Positions 1 through 12,420 of a stretch of DNA of 64,000 bases are shown here, piece after piece. The notes under the pieces are model-generated. The model searched no databases, was not told where the DNA came from, and worked only from the letters and a program-made list of their open reading frames with translations. The translations under genes and the position numbers were made by a program. How positions within the stretch are numbered: position 1 is the first letter of the stretch; every line of letters starts with the position of its first letter. Location: positions 558,001-622,000 of the forward strand of contig JAQGDQ010000053.1 in the NCBI GenBank assembly GCA_030141605.1, in the 5' to 3' direction. The stretch is from Tubiluchus corallicola (taxonomy: Eukaryota; Animalia; Priapulida).

Positions 1-25
1 TCAGGTACAAAATTTCACAGTATTT
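1..25 (-). CDS. MORC3: MORC-like exon 8 (partial)
   Basis: ttcAG acceptor then KYCEILYL; phase 0 matches previous exon. Confidence 0.8.
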
Positions 26-3000
26 CTGAAAAGAACATACTTCATCTCTTAAACGAAAGTCATCAATGATTTTTATGCCACTAACTAAAAACAGATATAC
101 TAATCTCACATCAAGAGAACTGCAGTTAGAAATATATTGGGTAGACAAAAAAAGTAAATCCTTTTAAAATGCCATAGAGTCGAGCATTTCTATCTAATTT
201 ACATATAAATGTAACAAGGTAAATTAAAACCACTTCAGAACTTACACACCGAGTTTTGTTAAGATGGTCTAAAAAATAAATATCTTATGCATGACATTGT
301 CAATGCACCTAAGAATAGATATACAGTTTGACAGGATTGACTTTATAGACGTTTTAAATTTTACTTGATTTATTCTATTCTTTTACTTAATTTATGATTT
401 TTTCAGATGTTATAATTTTAAAGACTTACTCTGTTCACAAAAAAAGACAACATAATTATTAAACACTTCAGGAATGACAAAGGATATTGCGAAAAAAAAC
501 TGATGCGGGAGTTTCCCAATAATAAATGGTCACGACCAGCCACTGACAATTGCCAAGGAAAATTCATGTCACTGGCCTAACATTTAGAAATATGAGAAAA
601 ATTAGTAGATGAAGAAAATGAATAAAACAAAATTTTCGCACCCATAACCACAACACAATCATACTAATACCTAGTTTTTCCTATTTTTATGGGCTTGACT
701 TCAATATAAAGTATAAAATGTTTATTTTTTGGACATTCTTAGCAAAAATTAATGGGATAATGCTAAACTGTTTAAAATTACCCAGTCAAATTTGCATACT
801 AATTCTAAGTTCAGATTCAAGTATTTTTAACTAAATAACACAAAACAAAATCATTGATTTCACCCATTTCACCATAGCAAACAATACAAAAACATGTAGT
901 CGCTTTTATAAATAATACAGACAATGGAGTTTACGAAGTGAACACTATACATTTGCAATAATATTTCAATTTGCTTTATAGAACAACCCGTGTCCAAAGG
1001 ACACGTGTTCAAACAGCCTGTGTCCAAATAACCTATGTGTCCAAAATGTTCTGTCTAAAATTGTCTGTGTCCAAATAACCTATGTATCCAAAATGTTTGT
1101 GTCTAAAACGTGTCTAAACCCCCTGCAACCATTTAGTGAGTTTTCAAGCATAACATGATTCACGAGAAGCTCGAAAATTCTATTACTTTTCACAGATTGT
1201 TAAAAAAAATATTCGCAGCAATCTTATGATTAGCTATGTACCACTCTGAGCTGCACCCACCTTGTAAGCATTTCAGGATTCAAATAAATCATGTACATAA
1301 TTAGGTCAATTAGTTCACACTTACAATGCACAAAAAAATGAAAAGTAACAAATCTCAATTTAAACATTTTTAATAAATATACATACCCTAAGTGAAACTC
1401 TGTATTCATGATACCTTTTCTTTGCTGGTGTTATAATGTACTCACTATTGTTTTCACTGAGATTAGGATTGCGAATGTCATAAAGATCAGAAAAATCTAA
1501 CTCTAATCCTATTTGATCAGGATTTCTGGAAATTCAGAAAGATTTCCTATACAAAAACTTTGCCTTTTTCACAATTCCATGAAAATGTATAATATTAGTA
1601 CCACATACATATGATCACATACACATACATTATTATATAATCACTAGACTCATAATTATCAGCTGAATATACCTTGCACGATGATCAAGGTTTAGCAAAA
1701 CCAGGTTAAGTTTGGAATGATATAAGAATGGCAACAAATACATAGATCACAAAACGTCAATCAGCCAGAGATAGGATCCACCTCACAAATGCCAATCAGA
1801 TGCTCTAGCTGCTTAGCCACTGCCAAACCTTGAGACTTAATCCCAAACACAGCAGTATTTGCATGTGAAGCGTATACAAAAAATATACAGCTAGAATGTG
1901 TGTGTGTGTGTGCACGATAGCTTTTACTTACTGCACAAGACTTGTGAAGCTAAAATTGATTTATCAGTGTAAGAGAGTATAGAATGGTGAAGCATTGTGC
2001 TTGGGGAACATGTAATTTGGATGTTTGGTACCTAGAAAGGTTAGAAGGACTTCGACTTGTAAGGTTCCCCATCCAAAAAAACACAAAGACAAGAGTCACC
2101 GACAAGCACCGACCACATGAACAGCTTAATCCATTAAAAATTAATAGAAATCATGCTGTTTTGCTCAAAGTGCGCTAATTCACAGGAACATTTAGTATTA
2201 AGAAAATATGGTACCAGGGAAAATTTTGTGCTAGGAAAGTTTAGTACTGGAAAATTGATACTAAAGAGAAAAGAGAGCATTTCTGTATCTCATTACAAAA
2301 GAATTGCAACAACAGCTGCAACGAAAGAACAAATGTAATAATGACATTTGAGACGATGATGATGAAGATGATAAGGATGATGATGATGATGATAACAAAA
2401 ACAGCATGCAAGCAAACAAACAACAACAGCAGTGGCAATAGCAACTGCAAGAGCAATAACAACAGCAACAACAACAGCAGCAGCAACAATGACAGTGACG
2501 TCAACAATACCAACAGCAACAACAATAACAGCAGCAAAAAACAACAACGACAATGGTAATGGCAACAGCAGCAAAACGACAAAAGTAACAATGTTGACAA
2601 CAATGATTATGATGATAATGATAAGAATAATAATGATCACAACATAAAGCAAGCAAGGAACAAACAAATAATAATAACAACAACAACACATCAATAGCCA
2701 CAATGAAAAATAACAAACAACAGGGAGCAAACAAATGAACATAAAAACAAATAAAAACAAATGCAACAATATGAACTTTTTCAAGTACGTTTTATAAAAG
2801 ATATTTTCATAGTGCCAAACTTTCCTTATGCCACACTTTCACTGTAACAAATCTTTCTAGTACCAAACTTTTCCAGTACTAAACTTTCCTAGCACCAAAC
2901 CTGTTCCGTGCCATTTTTACCTTATACTACATTTATTTGTACCAAAACTGCTTGACAAAACTTATGCTAGTACTGTACTTACCAGCACAACATTTACCCT

Positions 3001-6000
3001 GTACCCAATTTTCCCAGTGCTAAATCTTCCCTGTACCAAAAATTTCTAGAAGCAAATGTTCCCAGTACTAAAATTTCCTGGTACCAAAATTACCAGGAGC
3101 AAATTGAACTGTACCAAACTTACTGCGCATCGGATTTTCCATGTTATTCACATTTGTTTACATACTGTAGGGACTTACAGCAAGTGAGCATGTGAGAATG
3201 TGTGTTACGTTATTAAATTTGGCTAGCTGCTAGACACTGCTTGTAATCTGTGTATGTCCTATCTGTTTTCTTAGTCTCAAAATGCAATGAACACAGTTCA
3301 GCTCAAGTAGCTGCAGCATGCTCAATAACAAAAACGCTTAATTCAAAATGTGTACCATACTTTTTCAGATTCCAAATAATAATCTTGGTTCCATGTTTTT
3401 CTCTAGCTTTGCAAAATTTGAACTCAGCTATTAAACTCTCCATGTCCTCAAAAAGACTGTATTTTAGCAATGCAGCCAGAGATTCATCGCTCCCCAGAGA
3501 TGGCATATTCTCACCTATAAACAAGCATATTACTCAGAAAGTAAAATATTTTCTTTGCAAACATTAATTCCAAAAAATCTATTTGTGATATTCAGTTTCA
3601 GTTGGTGAGGAAGGCTTTGACTTCACCAAGCACATTTAACTTTGATTATTTAACTACAGCAGTGCTATTGATCAATGACGTAATAAATCACATGCTCTTA
3701 GTATATTAGTTAACCAAAACTGGATGAAAGGAATGTAAAAAAATTGGGCTGAGGTTCGATTTGAACACGGGACCTTCAGATTACGTTCAGTATCATGACA
3801 ATTATGCTACATGAATCCTTGGTACAGTTTCAGTAGTGCTCCTACTAATCCATCGTCTCCAATTGCTAGTTTACTCATGCTAGAATAATTCGCAACAAAA
3901 TAGATCTTCTGCAATTAATTCAGAAGCAAGAATACCCCTTGTATGATTACAATTATTATAATACTACAACTGAAATAATGAAAATCTTATTTATGTGACA
4001 ACACTTTTGCAACAACCCACAAAAATTTTTGCTTGGATTTATGTCATCATCACACATTCTCATTAATCAAAAAGTGTAATGACTTCAAATGGAAAAACCA
4101 AGGCATCAAGGCAATTAGTTATAGTAACCGACCATGTAGTCCCCTTAATTACATAAGTGCAACATAAATGCTCAACTCTTGATTTCTTGTTTTAATAACA
4201 TTAAGAATTAAATTTATGTGCAATGATTCACTAAACAAAATTGAAAGATGACAAGACAACTCGTATCAACAAAACAATGAAAATGACACACTAACATGTA
4301 TTATGCAACAATAAATGTATAATATGAAGGTTTAGAGCTCAGTCAAGTTGGTTACATCTAAAAATTCAATTTAACAAAATACCTGTTTTTTGATCCCAAG
4401 TAACAATTGGTACACGGACAGTGTCAGCACCTATGGCTTCAAGGTATGACTGTGACAACATACCGACACTCATTGTTGTGCCTAAAAATGCATAGGTCAT
4501 TGAAATTTCCATTCCCAATTTTTTATACAGTACCAAAGTTACACATGTTTTGAAAAAGGCAGAATGAAAAAGAAAAAGGTTATCTTGCCAGTTTTGGATT
4601 TTCGATAATTTTGTTAAAAAAGCATTCTAGACACATAACGATTGCAAGCTATTACTTAGAAAGAAACACGAAATAGAAAGGTAAAATTTGAATGTGTAGG
4701 TAAAACAATGATGGCTGTTTGCAATATACATTTCCGCATTTCCGATTACAAAGCAATTTAATTATTGATCCCAATTAAATGCCCATATTGGCTGCTCGGC
4801 AGCCATCCTTGCATACATTATATTACTAAAATGACTTTTTCAGGCCTTTGCCAGATTGCCTTTATCAGATTATTTGATGACTTAAAGGTGATACTAAAAA
4901 AAAGCATACACCCAACAGCCTTAACAATTACATCTTTCTCGTATGTATGTGTCACTAGAGAATCTCTGGTCACCCGTAGTTTGTGCATAATGTAAGACAT
5001 TTTTAAGAGGCTACAAAATGTTTTACTGTTTGTTCTAAGTTTCAACGTATGACGAAAAGCCCAACAACACTTGCCATGTAATTTACACAATGATAAATTC
5101 ACATTCTGGCTAGCAAACTGCATGAGAGTACATATACAAGCAAATAACAGTTTTAATACGAGCTGGTGAAATGTGCAATGAACTGCCAAGCGCATCAGAT
5201 CTGTAGACTGGCAAGTCTGCAATATAAATTTTATGTGCAGGGAATGGACTTTTTATTAATTTTTCCATAAAACACATTTCCCACATTCACGACCTATTGT
5301 TGCTAGATCAGCCGATGTTATCATTCTACTGCGAGTTATACGTGTTTTATGTCCCAATAAGGACTATCCTAAAATACAAAAATATGCTTGTCAAATAATT
5401 AAGAAAGTGCAAAAGCCGCCACTTGCAAGCCATTTTAATTATTTCGACGGGTGCAACCTTGCTTGTAGTTATGTTTCGTCATATTTAAATCACACATTTT
5501 GCAGGATGGCTATAAATAATCACAAGTTAAAAAGTTTAACTGTAATGTCAGTTTATAACTTTCTTGACTTGTGACTGATAAGTTCTAGTAACTATATGTA
5601 ACAATGCTGGCAAAATATTTAGAAAATTCATATATAACACTTAACAAACCATTTTTAGTAAACACCATTGCATCTTTGCCTAGCTTCATTGAACCAGACT
5701 TAAAGCCGTTTCCATACATGCCGATTGGCCGATGTCCGCCAACAATCATTTTGTCACTGAACCCAAAACTGAAATTTTTTAAGAAACAAACTTAAATGTA
5801 CACATTTGTCACTGAATAAAATTTCAAAAGAATATACTATTACTTTCACCACATACTTCTACTTCTACTTCACACAAGCAAGAATTGGGCAAATTTATGA
5901 CCACATACCATGTATTAAATGAGAGCAGTATGTAAAATTGCAGTACATAATATTCTTCTAGAAACAAGTAATACTGCTGCAGTCTGAAATTACCAGAGAA

Positions 6001-9000
6001 GCAGTTTCCTGTAAATTCTTGAACATCGATTTTATTTCTTTTAATTGTGTTAATTATGTTTAATTTTTGTTTTCTGCAATATTGTCTATTTGTTAGAATA
6101 ATTAAAATAAGTAGATTCTTGTTACATCAACCTGTTATTGCTTACATACACGTCTAGTTTCTTTTGCTTCCTTGTTAAAGCAACATTGAGAATGTGACTG
6201 AGCATCATGAAGTCTAGACATTGCTGGTAACTACATATTTAAAAATTGACGAAAAGCTTTGTACAGGCAGAAATAAGCTCATTTAGTTTTTGCGTGATAT
6301 TACTCGTATCTATACGGCATTTACCAATACACGAGTCTATGCCATAAAACAGCAAGGCTTATATTGACATTGTGATTATTCACAGTTAGCGTAATTCTCA
6401 TTAGCATGTTTTCTGGGGAAAAGAAAAATCTCCTTGAAGCGTACTTTATTAAATCGTTGTGAAAATCGTTTCTGAATAAAAAAATGCAATTTTCTAATTG
6501 CTTTACTAAGCTCAGAATGATTCAGGTTTGTTTCTCAGAAAAAAAGTGTTTCACAGGAATTGTTTCATAGAAAAAAATTTGCCAAGCAAATTTTTCCTAG
6601 AGAATATTTTATGTAGAAAACTGGTTTCACAGAAAAAAGATTTCACAGAAAGATTTTTTAACAGAATAAAGATGGTTACACTTTCAATTCCAAGATGTGC
6701 TATTTTAATAGGATAAAGCCTTCAATTTCTCTCTTTCTTTTTGCCTCTCCTTCTTTCCATACTCCCTTGCTCTCCCTTTCTTTTTTCTCCTTCCCTTACT
6801 CCCCCTCTCTTTTTTGTCTTTATCTCTAGCTTTCCCTAAATTTGCCCAATAAATAACTCTGTTTTTCACAAGATTTAGTGGATGGTAAGCTACTAGGTAG
6901 AACTCATTGGCAGGTCCTACTTATGTCATTTTATGGCAGGACCAGATCCTAGTTCATTATTAAAGGTCAAATACAGCGTACTTTATGAAGTTTCAGTTTT
7001 ACACAAAAAGCGAAAGAAACTACTCTAACTAAGGTTTTCTGATACTTTTAAACTTTCTCTTGGCGATTTATATAAGAGGAAATCGGGTGTGAAGGTGTCA
7101 TTTCCAAAGAAAGTCTGGAACTTGACGTTGCACGTTTTGCTAGTTAGATGACGCTAGCAAAATACCTTAGTTACGACAGCATTTTCCATTAGTTATCACA
7201 TAGCACATTTTGCTGTGAAGCATTATAATTTGTAGACTTACAAATTCAACGTCACAGAAACAACGTAGTGTCCAAGAAAGCCGTTGCTGACACATTTGTT
7301 TAGTCTGCAATTTTCTAAATTTTCACGAGCAAAACCTAACAAAATGTTTTCGGAAAAATGCAACTGAAAAATGGCTCAGTTTCATTAGGAAGAAAGCAAT
7401 TAAATTTAATAAAATTAGTGTCAAATTTCAAGTTACGTTAGCAATTTTTATTAAAGAAAACTTGTTTTTATGTTAAATTTGACATTTAAGATAATCCTTT
7501 GAGATGAAATACTGAACTGGTAGAGGTTTATCCAGCCAGCACAATCGGACACGTGTAAATCCTCTTTAAATGAAACAAACAATTCGGCATTCCAGTGAAA
7601 GAAACTGCTAAAGAATGAAATTTTTAAATGATCATCCAATCAATCAGCAGCCAATTCAGATAATATAATTTCCTCTGGTTCAAAATTGCTGTCTGAAAAG
7701 TGCAAGGTACAAACTCTGTCATCCTGTCTTAGTGCTCAAGTTTTTTCCATTCGATCATGCCTGTCCCTCGGAAACGATAAGTCTTTATTGTGTGCATTAT
7801 TAGACCAACACAAGGCAACCACGCATGAGGCATTTTTTACACTAGCATCACTTAACAAGCAGAAAATGCAAGTGCAGTGAATTTTGAGCATGCTGCAATG
7901 ATGAAACAGCCCAGCACGAAATACCAGTCATGTCACTCTAAAACTTTTATAGGCTGTACCTCATTACTAAATGTTTTTCGACCAGTGCATACAAATCATT
8001 GAAGAAGATGCGGTCAATGCTGTGTTTTGTGCTTAATGTAAAAATTCCTTCGGTGCTGCTTTAGCCATTATGTCATTTAATGTGATACGACATGCCAAGT
8101 AGAGTGACCAGTTTTATTTCACCACCTTTCAGTTAAGTAAATTGTTTTCTTATCTTATTTGAAGTTCCTAGTTACCTGAGCATTTTTTCCAGTTTATCTT
8201 CATTCATACCATTTCCGTTGTCAGTAAACACAAGTGTTTCAAAGTCACTGATAACTCTCATGTCAATCATCAATTGACTAGCCCTGACATCGGGATCATA
8301 TGCATTATCTATATTAAACAGATACCATTTATAAATAAATGTGTCTTAATTAATATACATTGAGCACGAAGAATTTTGTAGTACTATAACTGAAGGCCAA
8401 GCCACTTTCTTAGAAGATGGTTGGTTATAAACATTAAAAATACTGAAATTTTATGAATACTTGCCTATCAGCTCTGCAAATGCACTAAACGTCCAAGAGT
8501 GACTTGTAGCATTACTCTGTAGAAACTTCGGATTTGTCTGGAATAAACATAGCTTATAGAACACTTTGCTAGGTACTGAAACTTAGATTTAATGTGTAGT
8601 GCTTAAAACCAAGAAGTGGGGCGTTTCCAAGGGCGTATTAAGACATTCTGGCGTCCTAGGCTGGTACTCAAATTTCACCCTTTGCCGATTGGTTATCAGC
8701 GAAACCAGCAAGCAATTGCTTGTGGTGTATTGGAAATACTACTACTTAATACCTACTTAGTTGCTGCTAACTACGTACATTTGTACCGCGCTTATATCGA
8801 AGCAAGCTGAGCAACTGCCTGTGGTGTGTTACTACTAATGAGAGTGCGAACTATGGTTTTCATATACAGCACTTATATAAAACAAACTCAATAACTGCTT
8901 ATGGTGATTACTAGTATGCCAAGTATAATCTGGAGACTGATTGGACATATAATCAGGCATCCGAAATTTTTGGCAAACTTCAAGAAAAATAAGAAGGAAT

Positions 9001-11141
9001 TTGTTAGTTTTTATACGCTTTTAATCAGATAATTATTATAACTTTCTACGTTACTAATATTAATTATTTTCCAGTCTACAATGTAATTTAGTATTATAAC
9101 GTCGCAAAAAACTTCATTAGCTTACTCAGCGCAAGAAGTAAATTTCGCTACAAATTAGCAGACACAGTATTAGAAGATTGCAAAACTCGACAATAGAAAT
9201 GTTGCATAAAATTTGCTTTTTTACATGTTTTTTGTGAGTTACTTGTTAATTAAGCAAATTTCTTCCTGGCCCTTTCTAGTGCAAATCTATCCACTCCTGT
9301 GATTTGTGGTGATTCCAATATGCCTAACTCAGTTTGGCCTGACCCTTTGCCCCATAGTGCTTTTGATGTTTTGTTTTCGGAAATCATTAATGAAAATTTG
9401 TTAACCCAACACGTTAACTTCCCTATCCATGATAAGAACTATTTAGAACTCCTATTATCCAATTGTCCTGAAAAAATGAATTTTTGCATTGCTAACCCTG
9501 GTTTTTCGACTACTGATCAGATACTAGCATCAAATTTACTGCTGATTTCTCTTACCGTATCAAATATTAGACCATGGGGAGACTATCGCAAAGCTTCACT
9601 ACCTCAGTTGCATGATTTTTTTGCAAATATTGACTGGCGTAATTGTGATGTTATAAATGCCTAGAACTTTTTCTTCCACTCTCACAACTATGCAGTTGAT
9701 AATTTTGTCCTCTAAGGGGATCCTCTAAGTCTGAGTGTAAAAAGTTGTGAAAACTGATAAATGTGTCCGTCAAGCTAAATCTAAGAAGCTTAAACTCTGG
9801 AGGCTGTGGAACTGTACTAATCTGTGCAGTGCTCTTGCTGAGTATACCAGACAATCCCAGCAGTTAAGGTTGTCTATTCTTCCTCTACGTTCAGTCGTCT
9901 CTAATCTATTACAGCGCTTAAATCAGTGGACTTGCTTCTTCGGTGATCCTGCTTTGCCTGGTATTGATATACTTTATCTTGATTTCAAAAAGGCATTTTA
10001 TTCTGTCCTCCACCAACGTCTCTTACTTAAGATGGAATATTCTGGTATAAGAGGTAAGCTTCTTAAGTGGTTCAGTTACTTTCTTTCTCATCGTTTCCAA
10101 CATGTTGTTCTTAATGGTATAACCACTGAATGGAGCCCCGTTGTAAGTGGTATCCCTCAAGGAACCTTGAGTGGCCCATACTGCTTCCTTATTTTTATAA
10201 ATGATATTACCGATTGTATTTCCCCAGGGATTAGCATCCCATTATTTGTTGATGATTTAAAGCCCTTTCGTCCAATTTGGGACGATCTTGGTCGTTTTAT
10301 TTTACAACATGAAGGATAAAATTTTAGACTGGTGCAGTAAATGGTTGATGACACTTAAACCTAGTAAATGTATGTGCTTTTCTAAGAATACACCATAAAT
10401 CTATTACGCCTTAATTTCTAAATAATGCTCAAATAGCTGAAAAACGTTGTATCAGAGACTTGGGAGTAATGATTTCTAATGACGTTAAATGGAGTTCCCG
10501 TGTGAATCATATCATTGCAAAAGCAAACCGTCACATTGGCATGATTAAACAGTGTGTGATATAGAGAAATACAGCAGTAATTATTCCTCTCTATAAAGCT
10601 GTTGTTCGACCCATTCTGGAACATGCGTTGGTTGTATGGTCACCTCAGTATGCTACTCTCAAGAATGCTCTCGAAAGGACTCATCTTACTATTGATTTGC
10701 ATCCCGCTTCAATTTGTACTCTTGAGCAAAGGCACGAGACTATAGACCTTCTGAACTGCTTCAAAATAATTACTGTGGAAATACTGCTCTGACTAAAGCA
10801 GACTTTTTCCAGGCCTCACAGAGTTCTTGGTGGTCATGAGCCTATGTTATTTGTGCAACCAGCTAGAAGCAACATCAGATCACACTTCTTTGGGCATCGT
10901 GTAGTTCAAACATGGATTCATCTTTCATCGTCAACCATCGGTGCTTCATCAGTTGACACTTTCAAAAGGTGTATGAGAGACGACCGTTTATAGTAGTTAC
11001 CATCTGGGTCCTTATTTCTTTGGATAAGGTATAATATTAAACTTCTTTAACCAGTTTAAGCAAGATGTTACAAATAAACATAGAGTATTTGCATGCACAG
11101 TCTACAAGCCTCACCTTGCTTTGTCGAATACTTGACTCCAT
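1..11141 (-). CDS. MORC3: MORC family (MORC3/MORC4-like) GHKL ATPase, 5' part; gene continues beyond position 1
   Basis: 8 phase-consistent exons: 11115-11141 (MESSIRQSK), 8465-8537, 8176-8308, 5650-5768, 4383-4481, 3361-3514, 1387-1525, 1-25. GHKL motifs are intact: [68 protein letters not shown]. Family recognised from memory; MORC3 vs MORC4 orthology not resolved. Confidence 0.92.
256..748. mobile_element. Degenerate Tc1/mariner-like deletion derivative
   Basis: Imperfect inverted repeats ~256-281 and ~721-747; internal plus-strand remnant reading approximately [15 protein letters not shown], resembling a Tc1-like transposase N-terminus (recalled, not searched). Confidence 0.4.
988..1119. 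repeat. Short tandem array of ~18-22 bp units with GTGTCCAAA core
   Basis: About 7 recurrences of gtgtc(c/t)aaa; tgtgtccaaataacctatgt occurs twice. Confidence 0.7.
1387..1525 (-). CDS. MORC3: MORC-like exon 7
   Basis: [20 protein letters not shown]...EYRVSLR; AG acceptor, GTATGT donor. Confidence 0.85.
1984..2178 (+). pseudogene. Degenerate THAP zinc-finger fragment, transposon-derived, in MORC intron
   Basis: [11 protein letters not shown]...RFP...[15 protein letters not shown], then CSK in a shifted frame: THAP C-x4-C...FP...VCSxH layout with a frameshift and no conserved W. Confidence 0.65.
2195..3125. mobile_element. Foldback-like element: inverted arms of ~21-bp tandem units around a trinucleotide-repeat core
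   Basis: tgctaggaaagtttagtactggaa (~2229) is the exact reverse complement of ttccagtactaaactttcctagca (2871-2894); right arm has many gtaccaaa-tttcc units; core ~2295-2780 is GAT/AAC/AGC/AAT repeats. Confidence 0.6.
3361..3514 (-). CDS. MORC3: MORC-like exon 6
   Basis: [12 protein letters not shown]...[11 protein letters not shown]; GTATGG donor. Confidence 0.9.
3746..3810 (-). mobile_element. tRNA-derived (SINE head-like) fragment
   Basis: Minus strand TAATCTGAAGGTCCCGTGTTCAAATC resembles a tRNA variable/T arm with a B-box; no intact cloverleaf. Confidence 0.35.
4383..4481 (-). CDS. MORC3: MORC-like exon 5
   Basis: [32 protein letters not shown]. Confidence 0.9.
5650..5768 (-). CDS. MORC3: MORC-like exon 4
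   Basis: [39 protein letters not shown]. Confidence 0.92.
6520..8100. repeat. Unclassified interspersed repeat, copy 1
   Basis: Shares colinear blocks with 61330-62230: CT-rich tract ending ccctaaatttgcccaataaa, tagaccaacacaaggcaacc, ctaaaacttttataggctgtacctcattactaaat. Confidence 0.7.
8176..8308 (-). CDS. MORC3: MORC-like exon 3
   Basis: [17 protein letters not shown]...[17 protein letters not shown]. Confidence 0.92.
8465..8537 (-). CDS. MORC3: MORC-like exon 2 (GC donor)
   Basis: [24 protein letters not shown]; ends AG|GCAAGT. Confidence 0.9.
9290..10990 (+). mobile_element. Decayed non-LTR retrotransposon (CR1/Jockey-like LINE): endonuclease and RT remnants
   Basis: ICGDSNMP...LTQHVNFP (endonuclease); [52 protein letters not shown] (RT); several stops and frameshifts. 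Confidence 0.9.
11115..11141 (-). CDS. MORC3: MORC-like exon 1 (coding part)
   Basis: [12 protein letters not shown] then AAG|GTGAGG donor, phase 0 fits exon 2; short, so less certain. Confidence 0.7.
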
Positions 11142-12250
11142 TGACTTCCTTTTAATCCTCCTAGTTCACTTTTCTTCCTTAATTTTATCGTGCAAATCTT
11201 TGTTGCTTATAAAAAAGTTATATATACATATATAACAATATGGTCTGTAAGAACGTCTTTGAAAGGCATCAATCTCCAGTTGATCATTTACTTTGAAGGT
11301 CCACAGTTCCGAATAGGAATTGGAAGAAAGATGATCCGAAAGTGCTGAAGATCCTACATTTGTGATTTAAGCTAATGTTTTAGAAATTTTCTAAGTTTTG
11401 AGAAAACCTCGAACAAGCAAACAGAATAGGCAATACGGGAACGCAGAATTTCTAAACAGTTGAAGCCATTCGCACCATATCTATGGTCAAGTGCTTGCTC
11501 ACGATCGATACAAGGATAATTACTACCTTTCCTTCTGCTAGTTACCAGTAACTTGCCACAGCTAGAGACGATTACAAAACAACGACTAATAACACACTCA
11601 CAGTCACAGAACAGTTTGCTATCGTATCGTGGTTAAATATGCATAATTTATATTTGTATATATAATGGAAAAAAATTTCCTAGGTGGCAAAAACTGAAAA
11701 TGGGGGCTCGGGCACAGACATTTATGTGTTGTGCAACAACAACTTGTAGTACATCAAATGAAAGGTTTCTACAAGGCAAATAGAATTGTTTAGACTGGCC
11801 CAAGACTGGTTGACCTGTAACCCAAGGTCACAGATCAAAATGTCAGAAGTTGTTATTTCATTTAAACCAAAAGCAATTCTTAGGTATTCAAGCATGGTGA
11901 ATTCAGCCCTTGTTTTTTTGATCATATTACATAATTTCAAGTTTATGACTTAGTCATAAGCTGCAGTCTAATTTTATAATTGTTTACAATCCACTTTCAT
12001 TATGGAATGTTACTCATATTACTACACCGTGCGAATTAATATCATTTAAAGGAGGTTAATTAATTGCTTGCATAAAAAATTATGCCATATTTTGCAGAGC
12101 CATTGACCTAACTCTTACATGCAATTAATCATTTATGTTAATGTTCAGTATTATTGTGTTAAGTAAGAAAGAAAGTGGGACGCTCTGAAGCAGTGGAAGG
12201 GGGTAGAAACAGAGAGACCTCAGATTCACTTCAGAATGATAAAAATAAAG

Positions 12251-12254
<4 letters not shown>

Positions 12255-12349
<95 letters not shown>

Positions 12350-12420
12350 GAGAGCAAAAGAAAGAGAGAGAAAGAGAGAGGGAAAGGAGACAGAGAGGGA
12401 GAGGGAAAAAGAGAGAGGGG
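12255..12420. repeat. (GA)n microsatellite and degenerate GA-rich tail
   Basis: About 40 perfect AG units from 12255. Confidence 0.97.

Noticed and set aside
1260-1300. Minus-strand [13 protein letters not shown] resembling the MORC ILYLKPRM motif
   Set aside because: No suitable acceptor; the proper continuation KYCEILYL is at 1-25
1764-1824. tRNA-like sequence on the minus strand
   Set aside because: Only an A-box-like stretch, no cloverleaf; at most an old SINE relic
2241-2784. Several poly-L/N/T/C ORFs in the ORF track
   Set aside because: Translations of trinucleotide repeats
2795-3125. Regularly spaced repeats resembling a CRISPR array
   Set aside because: Units are tandem and degenerate without unique spacers; eukaryotic context, no cas genes
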